Positions 48,586-56,803 of a DNA stretch of 64,000 nucleotides are shown in pieces. How positions within the stretch are numbered: position 1 is the stretch's first letter; each line of letters opens with the position of its first letter. A model generated the notes under the pieces. The model did not search any database. It had not been told where the DNA came from and saw nothing but the letters and a program-made list of their open reading frames with translations. The position numbers and the translations under genes are program-made. Origin of the DNA: a virus; the IMG/VR virus record IMGVR_UViG_3300045988_178640; one strand, given 5' to 3'.

Positions 48586-48952
48586 CAAGTGCATCCCCTT
48601 CCATTGGCCGCTGGGCCAGTTTATTGCGCATGACGTTGGGCGGAATTTGCAAAACGGTGATAAGGGTTTTATCGCGGAAAATATAGCACTTATCGCCATA
48701 GACCTTGATGGCGTTTGCTCGGCACTGACCGTTAAAATACTGCAACGAAAGCCAGCGTTTGAGCTTACCTTTTGCTTCAAAGAAGGAAATGCCCTGCTGA
48801 TACGCCTTATCCGCCATGCGCTGCTGGGAGCGTTTATTCAGCCCGCAGCGTTGCTTCATTCGTAATTCTGAATGCTTGCTTAACCTTACAATCGCCAATC
48901 GCCTCCCATACTGGACTGAATATGTGTGTTGACCTTTTTTACAATTTCGCAA
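48569..48952 (-). CDS. hypothetical protein downstream of the sigma factor
   Basis: ORF; start ambiguous (48952 TTG, 48898 TTG or 48862 ATG). Confidence 0.5.
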   Translation of the reverse strand: MRNCKKGQHTYSVQYGRRLAIVRLSKHSELRMKQRCGLNKRSQQRMADKAYQQGISFFEAKGKLKRWLSLQYFNGQCRANAIKVYGDKCYIFRDKTLITVLQIPPNVMRNKLAQRPMEGDALDGNMV

Positions 48953-49503
48953 ACCCTGGTATTGGTAAGACCGTACTGCTTTCCCTTTTCACGGGTTGTG
49001 TAGTTACCGAAGGAGCAGGAATACCAGATATCGTAGTCCCGGTCCGGATTTTTAGAGCTTTTGGCCAGTTTTTCTTTTGCCAAACGGCAAACCTGTGCGG
49101 AAACAAATTTTTCATTCACGGCGTTTTCGACGTTGAGGGGGCCGGGAATCATATCGCCCAGGGTCATATCATCAACTTCGCCAGCATCTTTCAGTTTCCG
49201 GTCTAAGCTATAGGGCATTTTGTCAGCATACCGTTTCTTTTTGGTACGGTATTGGAGCCTTTGCGCCCATTGAAGGCGCAGGGCCTTACAGGCATAGGTA
49301 GAAAAACTGACCTTTTGATTAGGTCGGTAGGCGATGGCGGCGCGTATAAGAGAATAGTACCCATCCGCGACCGCGTCCTCATAGCCGCCACAGGCGTCCA
49401 CCGCCCAGGCGCATTTTTCCAGCGTATACGGGACAAGTTTCATGTTATCCTCTACCAGCTGCTTCTGTTCTTCTGTAAGCGGAGGGTAGGTTTTCTTTCT
49501 CAA
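48886..49503 (-). CDS. sigma-70 family RNA polymerase sigma factor (regions 2 and 4)
   Basis: Region 2-like YEDAVADGYYSLIRAAIAYRP...FSTYACKALR. Region 4 HTH KGKQYGLTNTRVCEIVKKV. Confidence 0.8.
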   Translation of the reverse strand: MRKKTYPPLTEEQKQLVEDNMKLVPYTLEKCAWAVDACGGYEDAVADGYYSLIRAAIAYRPNQKVSFSTYACKALRLQWAQRLQYRTKKKRYADKMPYSLDRKLKDAGEVDDMTLGDMIPGPLNVENAVNEKFVSAQVCRLAKEKLAKSSKNPDRDYDIWYSCSFGNYTTREKGKQYGLTNTRVCEIVKKVNTHIQSSMGGDWRL

Positions 49504-49685
49504 GGCTGAACATCATCCTTTCGGGAACGCTGTGCCCATTCTTCGCATGCTTTTTGTGTACAAAGACAATCCCAATGGCAGTTGCCGAACAGAACATCCG
49601 GGAAAGCCTGGTCATCGTTATCTGGGGTGATATGGCCGAACGGGCAGGCTGGGCAGTAGGGCTGTTCCGGCATGATGCAGGGCAT
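49500..49685 (-). CDS. small Cys-rich protein
   Basis: ORF coupled to neighbouring genes. Confidence 0.4.
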   Translation of the reverse strand: MPCIMPEQPYCPACPFGHITPDNDDQAFPDVLFGNCHWDCLCTQKACEEWAQRSRKDDVQP

Positions 49686-49687
49686 GT

Positions 49688-50218
49688 CTATTCCTCCTTC
49701 GGCAATTCAGGCAGGGGCATCCAGTGGGTGACATTGTAATCGCTGTCGATAATCCAATTCGGGCTATCATCGATGACGTTTACTTCGTACCAACATTCCG
49801 CAATCCAGTAACAATCATTTTTTTCATCATATTCGGTGTCGCATTCGCAGTCGCTCCAATCGTAATCATCCGTTGTTTTTTCGTGCGCCCCGATATGAGC
49901 CAGCATTGTAATGGCCCCGCATCTTTGGAATGTCTTTGACTGCAACTGGGCGATAACTTTTTCCCCTGACTCCGGCAGCCTGTCCTTAACGCTGATCCAC
50001 TCGCCCCGTTGCTCGATCTCACACCACGGAACTTTATCAAACGTTTTCGCGACCTCGCTCATGACACGCGCAAATACATCTCGTTCCACGCCTTCTGGGC
50101 TGTCCATATTGCAGATCACGTGGGTCAGCGTCTGCCGGTCAATTACTTTGCTGCATCGAAGTTTGCCAAAGTTCTGCGGAAAATTCTCCAACTCCCAATC
50201 GATAAAACTCATGCTCAT
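49688..50218 (-). CDS. DUF551-domain protein
   Basis: EWISVKDRLPESGEKV ... THWMPLPELP. Confidence 0.65.
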   Translation of the reverse strand: MSMSFIDWELENFPQNFGKLRCSKVIDRQTLTHVICNMDSPEGVERDVFARVMSEVAKTFDKVPWCEIEQRGEWISVKDRLPESGEKVIAQLQSKTFQRCGAITMLAHIGAHEKTTDDYDWSDCECDTEYDEKNDCYWIAECWYEVNVIDDSPNWIIDSDYNVTHWMPLPELPKEE

Positions 50219-50226
50219 TCCTCCAT

Positions 50227-50670
50227 TTACTGCTTACTCCAACGGATTTTCTTTTCTTCAGGCCAAAGGGATTCCTGATGATACCTTTCTCCGCTCCATT
50301 TCAATCCGCCCGCCTCACCATCACATTTCCATCCTGCCGCTCGGAGGCTTGCGCCAGATTCACTTTTTAGCGTATAGGTTACGATTCTTTTATATCCAAG
50401 CGCTTTTGCTGCACGCCAGGAGGCAGAATAGAGCATCGAGCAGGCATTTTTTGTTCCATCAGTGCAAAGGCGATTTACTTCTAGCGTTGATTTATCATCA
50501 AGGTATCGGCTTACCGGCCTGCCAACCATGGCAACGCCGCAAAGCCTGGAATTTTCATAAACGGCTATCGAAAATTTATGGCCAACCGGGCGCTTATGAT
50601 GCCGATGATTCTCATCCACATACCTCGCTGCTTCTTCGTAGGTAATAGGGCGAAGTTCAAGCATGCTCAT
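50227..50670 (-). CDS. XF1762-like (GNAT-fold-like) phage protein
   Basis: LELRPITYEEAARYVDENHRHHKRPVGHKFSIAVY...GVAMVGRPVSR...LEVNRLCT. ATGA-coupled to the upstream gene. Confidence 0.55.
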   Translation of the reverse strand: MSMLELRPITYEEAARYVDENHRHHKRPVGHKFSIAVYENSRLCGVAMVGRPVSRYLDDKSTLEVNRLCTDGTKNACSMLYSASWRAAKALGYKRIVTYTLKSESGASLRAAGWKCDGEAGGLKWSGERYHQESLWPEEKKIRWSKQ

Positions 50671-51551
50671 TCCTCCCACGGAAATTCCTGCCGAAAGTCC
50701 TCGCCCATCAGGCCGCGAAGGCTTTCTTTCATAAACACCTTCATTCCCGTCATCTGCGCCGCTTCCACAATGTTTTCTACCCATTCCCGTTTTGGTGCGA
50801 TTTTGCCTTTGCGATTGCCCGTTTCTGCTCCGATAATCACCCATTTGTCCGATCCAAAAGAACCAAGTCCCACGGCCATGTGCTCTGTCAACGGCTCAAT
50901 GCTCGTAAATGTGTTAAAGTAGTTGTCCCCCTGAAATCTCCTGGCATTTTTGCTGTCCAGCGTACTGCCAAACCACCAGTTGGAATGACTGGGCAGGGAG
51001 AGCGTCTGCGCGTATTCCTCCGTCTGCGGATGGGTATTCCCTTCATGCTTCTCATTCCAGCGCCGTATTTTATAAGCGCTCGCCATTTTGCACAGTCTTG
51101 CGGGGTTCTTTGTCAAAAACAGATACCGATGCTGCGGCGCAGCCTCGCACGCCCTGAGCACCTCCGCGATCCACTCATCCGGCACCCAATCGCCGAACAG
51201 ATCAGCCATGCTACACACGAAGATGTTTCGGGGCTTTTTCCAACGCTGGGGTTCGTCCAGCTTGTATCGGTGGAAGGTGGGCTCAAATCCGAACGGATAT
51301 GCCGCATTGGTTATACTTCCGTCCTTGTTTTTTTGTTTCCACGGATAATTAAGCTCTAACGATTTTCCAGTTCCTTTCAGCATCCCGCGGTTAATCAGGC
51401 TTCGTTGGCATTGGCAATCTGGATCATATATTTCTCGCGCCCTAAACCGATCCGCAATCCTCCGCGCGTAGCAGTATTCGCACCCGTGCAAGCAGCCCGT
51501 GACAGGATTCCATGTCGAATCACACCAGTCGATTTTCGTTTTAGCGCCCAT
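50667..51551 (-). CDS. phage Gp37/Gp68 family (DUF5131) protein with three-Cys motif
   Basis: TKIDWCDSTWNPVTGCLHGCEYCYARR (CxxxCxxC). Confidence 0.75.
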   Translation of the reverse strand: MGAKTKIDWCDSTWNPVTGCLHGCEYCYARRIADRFRAREIYDPDCQCQRSLINRGMLKGTGKSLELNYPWKQKNKDGSITNAAYPFGFEPTFHRYKLDEPQRWKKPRNIFVCSMADLFGDWVPDEWIAEVLRACEAAPQHRYLFLTKNPARLCKMASAYKIRRWNEKHEGNTHPQTEEYAQTLSLPSHSNWWFGSTLDSKNARRFQGDNYFNTFTSIEPLTEHMAVGLGSFGSDKWVIIGAETGNRKGKIAPKREWVENIVEAAQMTGMKVFMKESLRGLMGEDFRQEFPWEE

Positions 51552-51554
51552 TGT

Positions 51555-51986
51555 TCATTCCTCCCACTTTTCGGCGGCCATCTGCTCCGGGGTAGGCTTC
51601 CGGGGCCAGCAGCGCCATTCTTTGTTGATTTCCACTGTAGATTCTTTCCTTTCCTCTTCATCCGCAACGGGGGAATGGAAATAGAAGTATGCCTTAGATC
51701 TATGGCGTGGAATAATTTGTAACGTGTAAGGAGCAAAATTGTATTCCAACCACAAAAAGTTCCAATCGTCGTCATCAACTGCTTCCCATATTTCGTCCAG
51801 CGTCAGCGGCCTCATTTCCGGCTCGGCGCGGCGCAGGGCGACGGAAAGGGCTTCTTCTGCCGTATCGCACAATGGGCTTCCCCAGCCACATTCATAGCAG
51901 AAAAAACTGAAATTCAAGTGTTCCCTGCCAAAATCAACGGCTTTCATTTCAGAGCCGCATCCGGGGCATTTCGGCGTTTCGCTCAT
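51555..51986 (-). CDS. zinc-ribbon protein (Lar-like N-terminus?)
   Basis: CPGCGSEM...FFCYECGW. Confidence 0.45.
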   Translation of the reverse strand: MSETPKCPGCGSEMKAVDFGREHLNFSFFCYECGWGSPLCDTAEEALSVALRRAEPEMRPLTLDEIWEAVDDDDWNFLWLEYNFAPYTLQIIPRHRSKAYFYFHSPVADEEERKESTVEINKEWRCWPRKPTPEQMAAEKWEE

Positions 51987-51988
51987 TT

Positions 51989-52609
51989 TCAATTCCACCC
52001 TTCCGGCTTTTCGCAACGTTCAAATTCAATTGCCCATACCCACGGGTTGGCATTCCAGCCGTATTCCGGCAAATCGTCTTTTTTGATGGTGCTGTCCCAT
52101 AATTCGGAAAAGGCTTTCGGGTACGCAGCTTTTTTCAGGTTTTCGTGATATTTTTCACTGCTTGCCTTGTAATCATCCCATATGCCTTCTGCCGCACAAT
52201 TCTCAACGGAAATTTCCCGCAGACACTCCACCCACACACGCTTTACCAGCAGAAAGATTCTGGCGGCTTCTTTCGGCATATGGATAGAAGGATACCAGCG
52301 GGCTTCCTTTGCCGCGCTGCAATCCGGATCGTCGGCTTTGTACATGTAGTGAATTCCGTTGCTGGGCCAGTTTGGATAAAGGCCACATTTGTCCGTGATA
52401 CTCCACGTCTCCCGAACCCACAGAACATCGCCAGCTTCGCAAGGAGACTTCATTCTTCTGCCATGCCCGTCATCCCAACCGAGCCAACCAATATTGTTCC
52501 ATCTTGGTTTTGTGGGCTGCGGCTTCATCAAACGACGCGTCTGCGTTTTCTTCCCTTCCAGAATGGCTTTCACCATTTCGGTGTTGAACAATATTGGCTT
52601 GCAGTTCAT
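51989..52609 (-). CDS. conserved phage early protein (ASCH-like?)
   Basis: KPILFNTEMVKAILEGKKTQTRRLMKPQP N-terminus. ATGA coupling. Confidence 0.45.
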   Translation of the reverse strand: MNCKPILFNTEMVKAILEGKKTQTRRLMKPQPTKPRWNNIGWLGWDDGHGRRMKSPCEAGDVLWVRETWSITDKCGLYPNWPSNGIHYMYKADDPDCSAAKEARWYPSIHMPKEAARIFLLVKRVWVECLREISVENCAAEGIWDDYKASSEKYHENLKKAAYPKAFSELWDSTIKKDDLPEYGWNANPWVWAIEFERCEKPEGWN

Positions 52610-52797
52610 TTTGCATCCTCCTTTACCAAATCCAACCCATCGGCGGCATACACACTTGATTTGCCCTCCAATTTCACAACCAGCGTTCCACAGCACATAA
52701 AAGGATCGGAAAGCACCGTCCACACACGGCCCTTGTTCTTTTCAGCAACATAGTACTTATCATTCATTGTGACCTTATCTCCTGGTTTAAGTTTCAT
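52606..52797 (-). CDS. hypothetical small protein
   Basis: ATGA coupling on both sides. Confidence 0.45.
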   Translation of the reverse strand: MKLKPGDKVTMNDKYYVAEKNKGRVWTVLSDPFMCCGTLVVKLEGKSSVYAADGLDLVKEDAK

Positions 52798-53189
52798 CGT
52801 TTTTTCTTCACTCCTAAATTGCAGAATCCATTGGCAGGGAAAGCAGCATTGTATATGGCGCAACACCTTAGTCTGGGGAACCCCTCTTCTATTTTGGCAA
52901 ACTCGCAATCCCTGCAGTGTGTAACCGGTACTGCATCGATTGCAGGCAGCTCACGTACCCGGCTTTGCGTTTCCATAGCGCCTGTTTCCTTGGTAATCCA
53001 AAGAACGTCCTTTCTGCGAATCAAGTCCTTGCTGTCAAGGACGTTGGCAATTGGAACAGCGTCCACCGTTGGGGCCTTATCAAGGCGTTCCAAAACGGCC
53101 TGTGCGCCTGCGGCAAAGCTATCTGCGTCCATGCCATCGGGAACGGAAATGCCGACGACCTCCAATTTATCCGCGTCAATCAGTCGCAT
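52794..53189 (-). CDS. hypothetical early protein
   Basis: MRLIDADKL start, Cys cluster at the C-terminus. Confidence 0.5.
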   Translation of the reverse strand: MRLIDADKLEVVGISVPDGMDADSFAAGAQAVLERLDKAPTVDAVPIANVLDSKDLIRRKDVLWITKETGAMETQSRVRELPAIDAVPVTHCRDCEFAKIEEGFPRLRCCAIYNAAFPANGFCNLGVKKKR

Positions 53190-53521
53190 GGTTGTTCCTC
53201 CTTTTCGCTTTCTTCAACAATTTGTGCGCCGCACGATGGACAGAATCTCCACCAGGGCTTAGGCGGCATAACAGTCGGGGACATAATGGGTATTCTAAAT
53301 GTTCTTTTACAATCGCTGCACTCGGCTCCATAGGGGTGCATAATCCAATGGGCGCGGCGAACCGGAAGCACATCAACAGCCGGGGCTTGTGCTATCAGAT
53401 TTGACGCTTCCAGAAGCCCGTAGGCGTAATCCTCGCTGATGCCGTCAATCACGCCAGCAGAAGCACAGGCAAGGCTGTAAACCGCTTCATAGATTTTATC
53501 ACGGCTGATTAGGTCGTTCAT
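53180..53521 (-). CDS. hypothetical early protein with C-terminal zinc ribbon
   Basis: CSDC...CPSC. Confidence 0.5.
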   Translation of the reverse strand: MNDLISRDKIYEAVYSLACASAGVIDGISEDYAYGLLEASNLIAQAPAVDVLPVRRAHWIMHPYGAECSDCKRTFRIPIMSPTVMPPKPWWRFCPSCGAQIVEESEKEEQPCD

Positions 53522-53769
53522 TCTTCATCACCTACCAGATCAAGTACGGCATCGAGAGCGTCAATATAATCATCCAGATATTCATAGACGGCCTCTATAC
53601 AGTCCTTAGCATTCAAAAGATGGTCCTTGATTTTTTCGTGTGAAAGGCGATTTGCAAGCACTTCGGCCAGCTGGTCTCCGCCTTTTTGACGGACCAGTTC
53701 GATTAAATCCCTGTCGCACAGGAGGGTTGTGCCCGAAACGGATACGGGATAGAGAAAGTTATTCTTCAA
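53518..53769 (-). CDS. hypothetical small protein
   Basis: ORF, coupled to neighbours. Confidence 0.45.
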   Translation of the reverse strand: MKNNFLYPVSVSGTTLLCDRDLIELVRQKGGDQLAEVLANRLSHEKIKDHLLNAKDCIEAVYEYLDDYIDALDAVLDLVGDEE

Positions 53770-53941
53770 TATTCACACCTCCCAGGGCGTTTTTAAGAAG
53801 AAGGGACTTGACCTTATCAAGTGCCTCCTTATAACCGGCCTTATAACCTCTGTTATAGCCGACGGCATCACAAGCGTTCAGAACATCGGCAAAATCATTC
53901 TTATCAAGTGAAATGGTATTGTTTTCGGTTGGGTGCTCCAT
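53759..53941 (-). CDS. hypothetical small protein
   Basis: ORF only. Confidence 0.4.
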   Translation of the reverse strand: MEHPTENNTISLDKNDFADVLNACDAVGYNRGYKAGYKEALDKVKSLLLKNALGGVNIEE

Positions 53942-53945
53942 GGAA

Positions 53946-54452
53946 TCAATCCTCCTTGCTGAAATAGGAAAGGTCTACCCAGCCGGTGCCGATATAGCCC
54001 CAGCCGTCCACAACGTTTTGCACGGCAACCGTCTTATTTCCCTCTACGCGGCCCGTTTTAGCCCCACACGGTTCTGACCTGATAAATACCCTGCCGCCGC
54101 TGGAATTACGATATACAACGCCGCCTGACGGGAAAGAGGATAGGTATTCCGCCTTGCACCAGACGGTGCCGGTTTCGCCGCCGACAACCTCTACCCAGCC
54201 GCCGGAGACGGAAACGGATTCCACCTGAGCGCCGTTATCGAAACGGGCCTCTACAGCGGCGTGTTTATCCGGCTGGGAGCGACCGTTCAGGTAATCGCCA
54301 TTGGTACGGACGTAGAGGGTTTCAGCCACACCGAACAGGGGGTGATACAAAATGAAAAACACGGTGGTAAGAAGCAGGAAGGCGATGACGAAAAGGGTGA
54401 ACTTACGATACGGGTTTTGCCACATGAGGGAAACGCTCCTTTCTGTACACAA
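53946..54452 (-). CDS. membrane-anchored protein with two SH3b-like repeats
   Basis: TM segment FTLFVIAFLLLTTVFFILY, then two repeats of the type LNGRS.P...A.V..F..G..VE......GW..V. Confidence 0.55.
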   Translation of the reverse strand: MCTERSVSLMWQNPYRKFTLFVIAFLLLTTVFFILYHPLFGVAETLYVRTNGDYLNGRSQPDKHAAVEARFDNGAQVESVSVSGGWVEVVGGETGTVWCKAEYLSSFPSGGVVYRNSSGGRVFIRSEPCGAKTGRVEGNKTVAVQNVVDGWGYIGTGWVDLSYFSKED

Positions 54453-54487
54453 TTCCAGTCGAAAACGGGCATGGCAAAGCCAGATGG

Positions 54488-55285
54488 TTAATGCAAGCGG
54501 CGACAGGCGTACTTATTGACAAAATACACCTGGCCTTTGCCCAGAACCTTGGGCGTTTTTGAAATGGTGACGTGGCCGTCTGCATGGGTGACGGTGGTTT
54601 CCTTGATACGCATAAGGCCAAGCTCCATACTCTTTTGGGTGGGCATGTTATAATCCGTGCCCTTACGGGAAACAAGGTAGCCGTCCTCTCGAAGTTGCTT
54701 GAACAGGCGGTTTTGGCCGATGTCCATGCCGTTCTGCTTGAGGATTTTCGCCAGTTCGCCCACAAGTATTTCGGTTTGGCTGGACGAAACGCTATCGGCA
54801 AAGAGGACTTTGGGAGCATCGGCTTCGATTTTTTCCTGCTGCCGGGCGACGGTGTGTTCAGCGGCGATACGCGCCTTGCGCTCATTCGCCCACTTAACAG
54901 CCAGTTTGGCGAAGGTTTCCGGGTCGTTAAACAGGGCTTCGGCAGCGGAGTCTGTAAGGTATGCGCCGTGCTTGCGGATAGACGGCAGCACCTCATCGAA
55001 CACCCAGGACTCGAACCGTTCCGCGTCTGGCAACTGGCTGTGCGCTATCAGACGGTACAAATCGCCTTCCGAAATAAAGCGAGCTTCTTGTTTTCTGCCA
55101 AGGCTATCTTCGATGGGGTGGTAAATTGCCACCCCACGGCAATGCTGTTTGAGAGCGTTTACTGAATCCTTATACCCTAAAGATGTGGTGACATCTTTCC
55201 CGCAGAACAGCGGTTCTCCGTCTTTTACGATGACGCGCACATTGCCGAACTTGGGATTGGAGAATACCTTGATAGCGTTTTCCAT
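54488..55285 (-). CDS. Bro-N / KilAC antirepressor (intact paralog)
   Basis: FGNVRVIVKDGEPLFCGKDVTTSLGY...HC...GDLYRLIAHSQLPDAERFESWVFDEVLP, plus the C-terminal KilAC part ...MPTQKSMELGLMRIKE...GKGQVYFVNKY. Confidence 0.85.
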   Translation of the reverse strand: MENAIKVFSNPKFGNVRVIVKDGEPLFCGKDVTTSLGYKDSVNALKQHCRGVAIYHPIEDSLGRKQEARFISEGDLYRLIAHSQLPDAERFESWVFDEVLPSIRKHGAYLTDSAAEALFNDPETFAKLAVKWANERKARIAAEHTVARQQEKIEADAPKVLFADSVSSSQTEILVGELAKILKQNGMDIGQNRLFKQLREDGYLVSRKGTDYNMPTQKSMELGLMRIKETTVTHADGHVTISKTPKVLGKGQVYFVNKYACRRLH

Positions 55286-55348
55286 AACAACATCCTTCCT
55301 GATTTTTGTTTACAATTCAATACGTTATTGGGTATGGCAAAGCCCGGC

Positions 55349-56293
55349 TTACGCGTTGGCGATACGGTTGAAGATACGATTGGCCTTATCAAACAAAGCG
55401 GAGTAATCGCGGGCGATATAACGGTTGGTGACGGAAGCGCCGGTTCCATCGGAATGCATGAGGAACAGAGATACCTCGCCATCGTTAAAGCCACGCTTGC
55501 GAAGGAGAGAAGCCGCCGTGTGGCGCAGGGCGTGTGTGCGAACCCCGGCATGGCCGGAGAAACCCCTGGCCGCCGCCTCCACCAGATTGCTCATGGCGTT
55601 GCGGGCGAAGGGAAGCCAGAAACCGGACTTGTCAACAAAGCCGAACAGGGGGGCCGAACCAGTGCAGGAAGCGGGGCGAAAGCCGCTATGCAGATAGTCA
55701 GCAATAGCGGCTTTTGCCACATCGGAGAACAGAACAGTGCCGTTTTTTCCCCCCTTGGCGTTGCGAACGCGGATGGTTCCCTGTTCCCAATCCAGATCAT
55801 CCGGGGTGATGGCGCAGAGGGAGGAACAGCGCATACCGGAGGTGATGAACAGAGTGAGGATAGCCCGGTTGCGGGCGTAGGACTTTTTGTGCATGAAGGA
55901 TGGGGACTGGTTGGTGAGAACCATGCGAAACTCCTTTTCCGAAAGGATGTTACGGGAGGTGTCCTTGCAATCCGATTCCTTTACGGCGACGGACATAAGG
56001 CTTTTTTTGAAGGGAGAACGGGTAATAAACTCAATATCTGCACAAAATTCAAAGAAAGTATGCAGATGATTGACGTAAAGGCGCAGAGAGGAAGGAGCGA
56101 CCTTTTGCGACATGGCGTCCTTCCAGGCGACCAGGGAAGCGGGGGTAATATCCTGCACCTGCTGGACGCCGTTTTCGGCGAGAAAATCGCCGAAGAAGCG
56201 AAGGGTACGCTGACAATTCTGGATGGTGGTTTCCGCCTTATTGGCGGAGATGAGGGTGTGAATATAAGATTCAACCGCTTTGGTGTAGTACAT
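55349..56293 (-). CDS. int: tyrosine recombinase / integrase (XerC/D-like size)
   Basis: SAM-like N-domain. Catalytic box SGMRCSSLCAI, HALRHTAASLL, and a terminal ...VTNRYI Tyr. Confidence 0.9.
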   Translation of the reverse strand: MYYTKAVESYIHTLISANKAETTIQNCQRTLRFFGDFLAENGVQQVQDITPASLVAWKDAMSQKVAPSSLRLYVNHLHTFFEFCADIEFITRSPFKKSLMSVAVKESDCKDTSRNILSEKEFRMVLTNQSPSFMHKKSYARNRAILTLFITSGMRCSSLCAITPDDLDWEQGTIRVRNAKGGKNGTVLFSDVAKAAIADYLHSGFRPASCTGSAPLFGFVDKSGFWLPFARNAMSNLVEAAARGFSGHAGVRTHALRHTAASLLRKRGFNDGEVSLFLMHSDGTGASVTNRYIARDYSALFDKANRIFNRIANA

Positions 56294-56354
56294 TTTTACG
56301 ATAACCTCCTTCTATCCTTTGACACTCGGGAGACATTTATGTTAGAATAAAAAA

Positions 56355-56459
56355 TGCTTTCCTGAATGCCTGGGTGGTTCCTGCGTTTGGGTGAGCTTTG
56401 TGATTCCCACCCGTGCGGCGTGTCTTGGCGGAGATGACGCGCGGGTGGGAACTTTTAGG
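56355..56459 (+). ncRNA. predicted small RNA convergent with the RHH gene, between RHH and int
   Basis: Promoter TTGACA (56319) -18 nt- TGtTAGAAT (56340-56348). Terminator TTCCCACCCG...CGGGTGGGAA + CTTTT ends 4 nt before the RHH stop. Confidence 0.45.
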
Positions 56460-56463
56460 TTGG

Positions 56464-56661
56464 TTACGGGTGACAGCAGCGGTTATATTCCGCCTGAATG
56501 AGGGAAGCGAGAATATCCGTTTTGGGGCGGCCCGTGGCTTTGTGGATGGATTCCAGCTGGCGAACGGTGGTTGGGGTCGCGCGGCTGGAAAGCATGCGGC
56601 TTTTCGCTTCGCTGCCGGTGACAGGTCTGCCGACGGGCTGTGGGATGGAAGCCTTTTTCGT
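56464..56661 (-). CDS. ribbon-helix-helix protein with no canonical start codon (ACG after a strong SD?)
   Basis: ..PVGRPVTGSEAKSRMLSSRATPTTVRQLESIHKATGRPKTDILASLIQAEY aligns with the RHH paralogs. An in-frame TAA lies 2 codons upstream of the ACG at 56661. The first ATG (56595) is downstream of the conserved GRP. Confidence 0.45.
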   Translation of the reverse strand, partial: TKKASIPQPVGRPVTGSEAKSRMLSSRATPTTVRQLESIHKATGRPKTDILASLIQAEYNRCCHP

Positions 56662-56718
56662 TTTTTACACCTCCGTTTACAATTCAGCAACAAGGCTAAC
56701 TGCTGTTTACATTTATGA

Positions 56719-56747
56719 ATTGTAATACATAATTGTGGTCATGTCAA
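56719..56747 (-). promoter_or_regulatory. consensus sigma70 promoter for the RHH-int-Bro transcript
   Basis: Minus strand reads TTGACA-17 nt-TACAAT. Confidence 0.65.
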
Positions 56748-56803
56748 TGCATTTTTCAAAAAAGTATTGAAAAGTAAACAAACGACCACGATTATGAACA
56801 CTG

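Noticed and set aside
54466-55347. Shared 11-mer ATGGCAAAGCC downstream of both the int and Bro stops, as possible recombination sites
   Set aside because: Hundreds of 11-mer coincidences are expected by chance in 64 kb. There is no extended inverted-repeat core or arm-type architecture.
55328-56350. 340-aa plus-strand ORF
   Set aside because: It is antisense to the tyrosine recombinase, whose catalytic motifs are unambiguous.
56337-56693. 118-aa minus-strand ORF from the ORF track
   Set aside because: Lys/Arg/Pro/Ala/Ser-rich junk. A different minus frame over the same DNA encodes a sequence aligning with the RHH paralogs, and the plus strand carries the promoter and terminator of the predicted sRNA.
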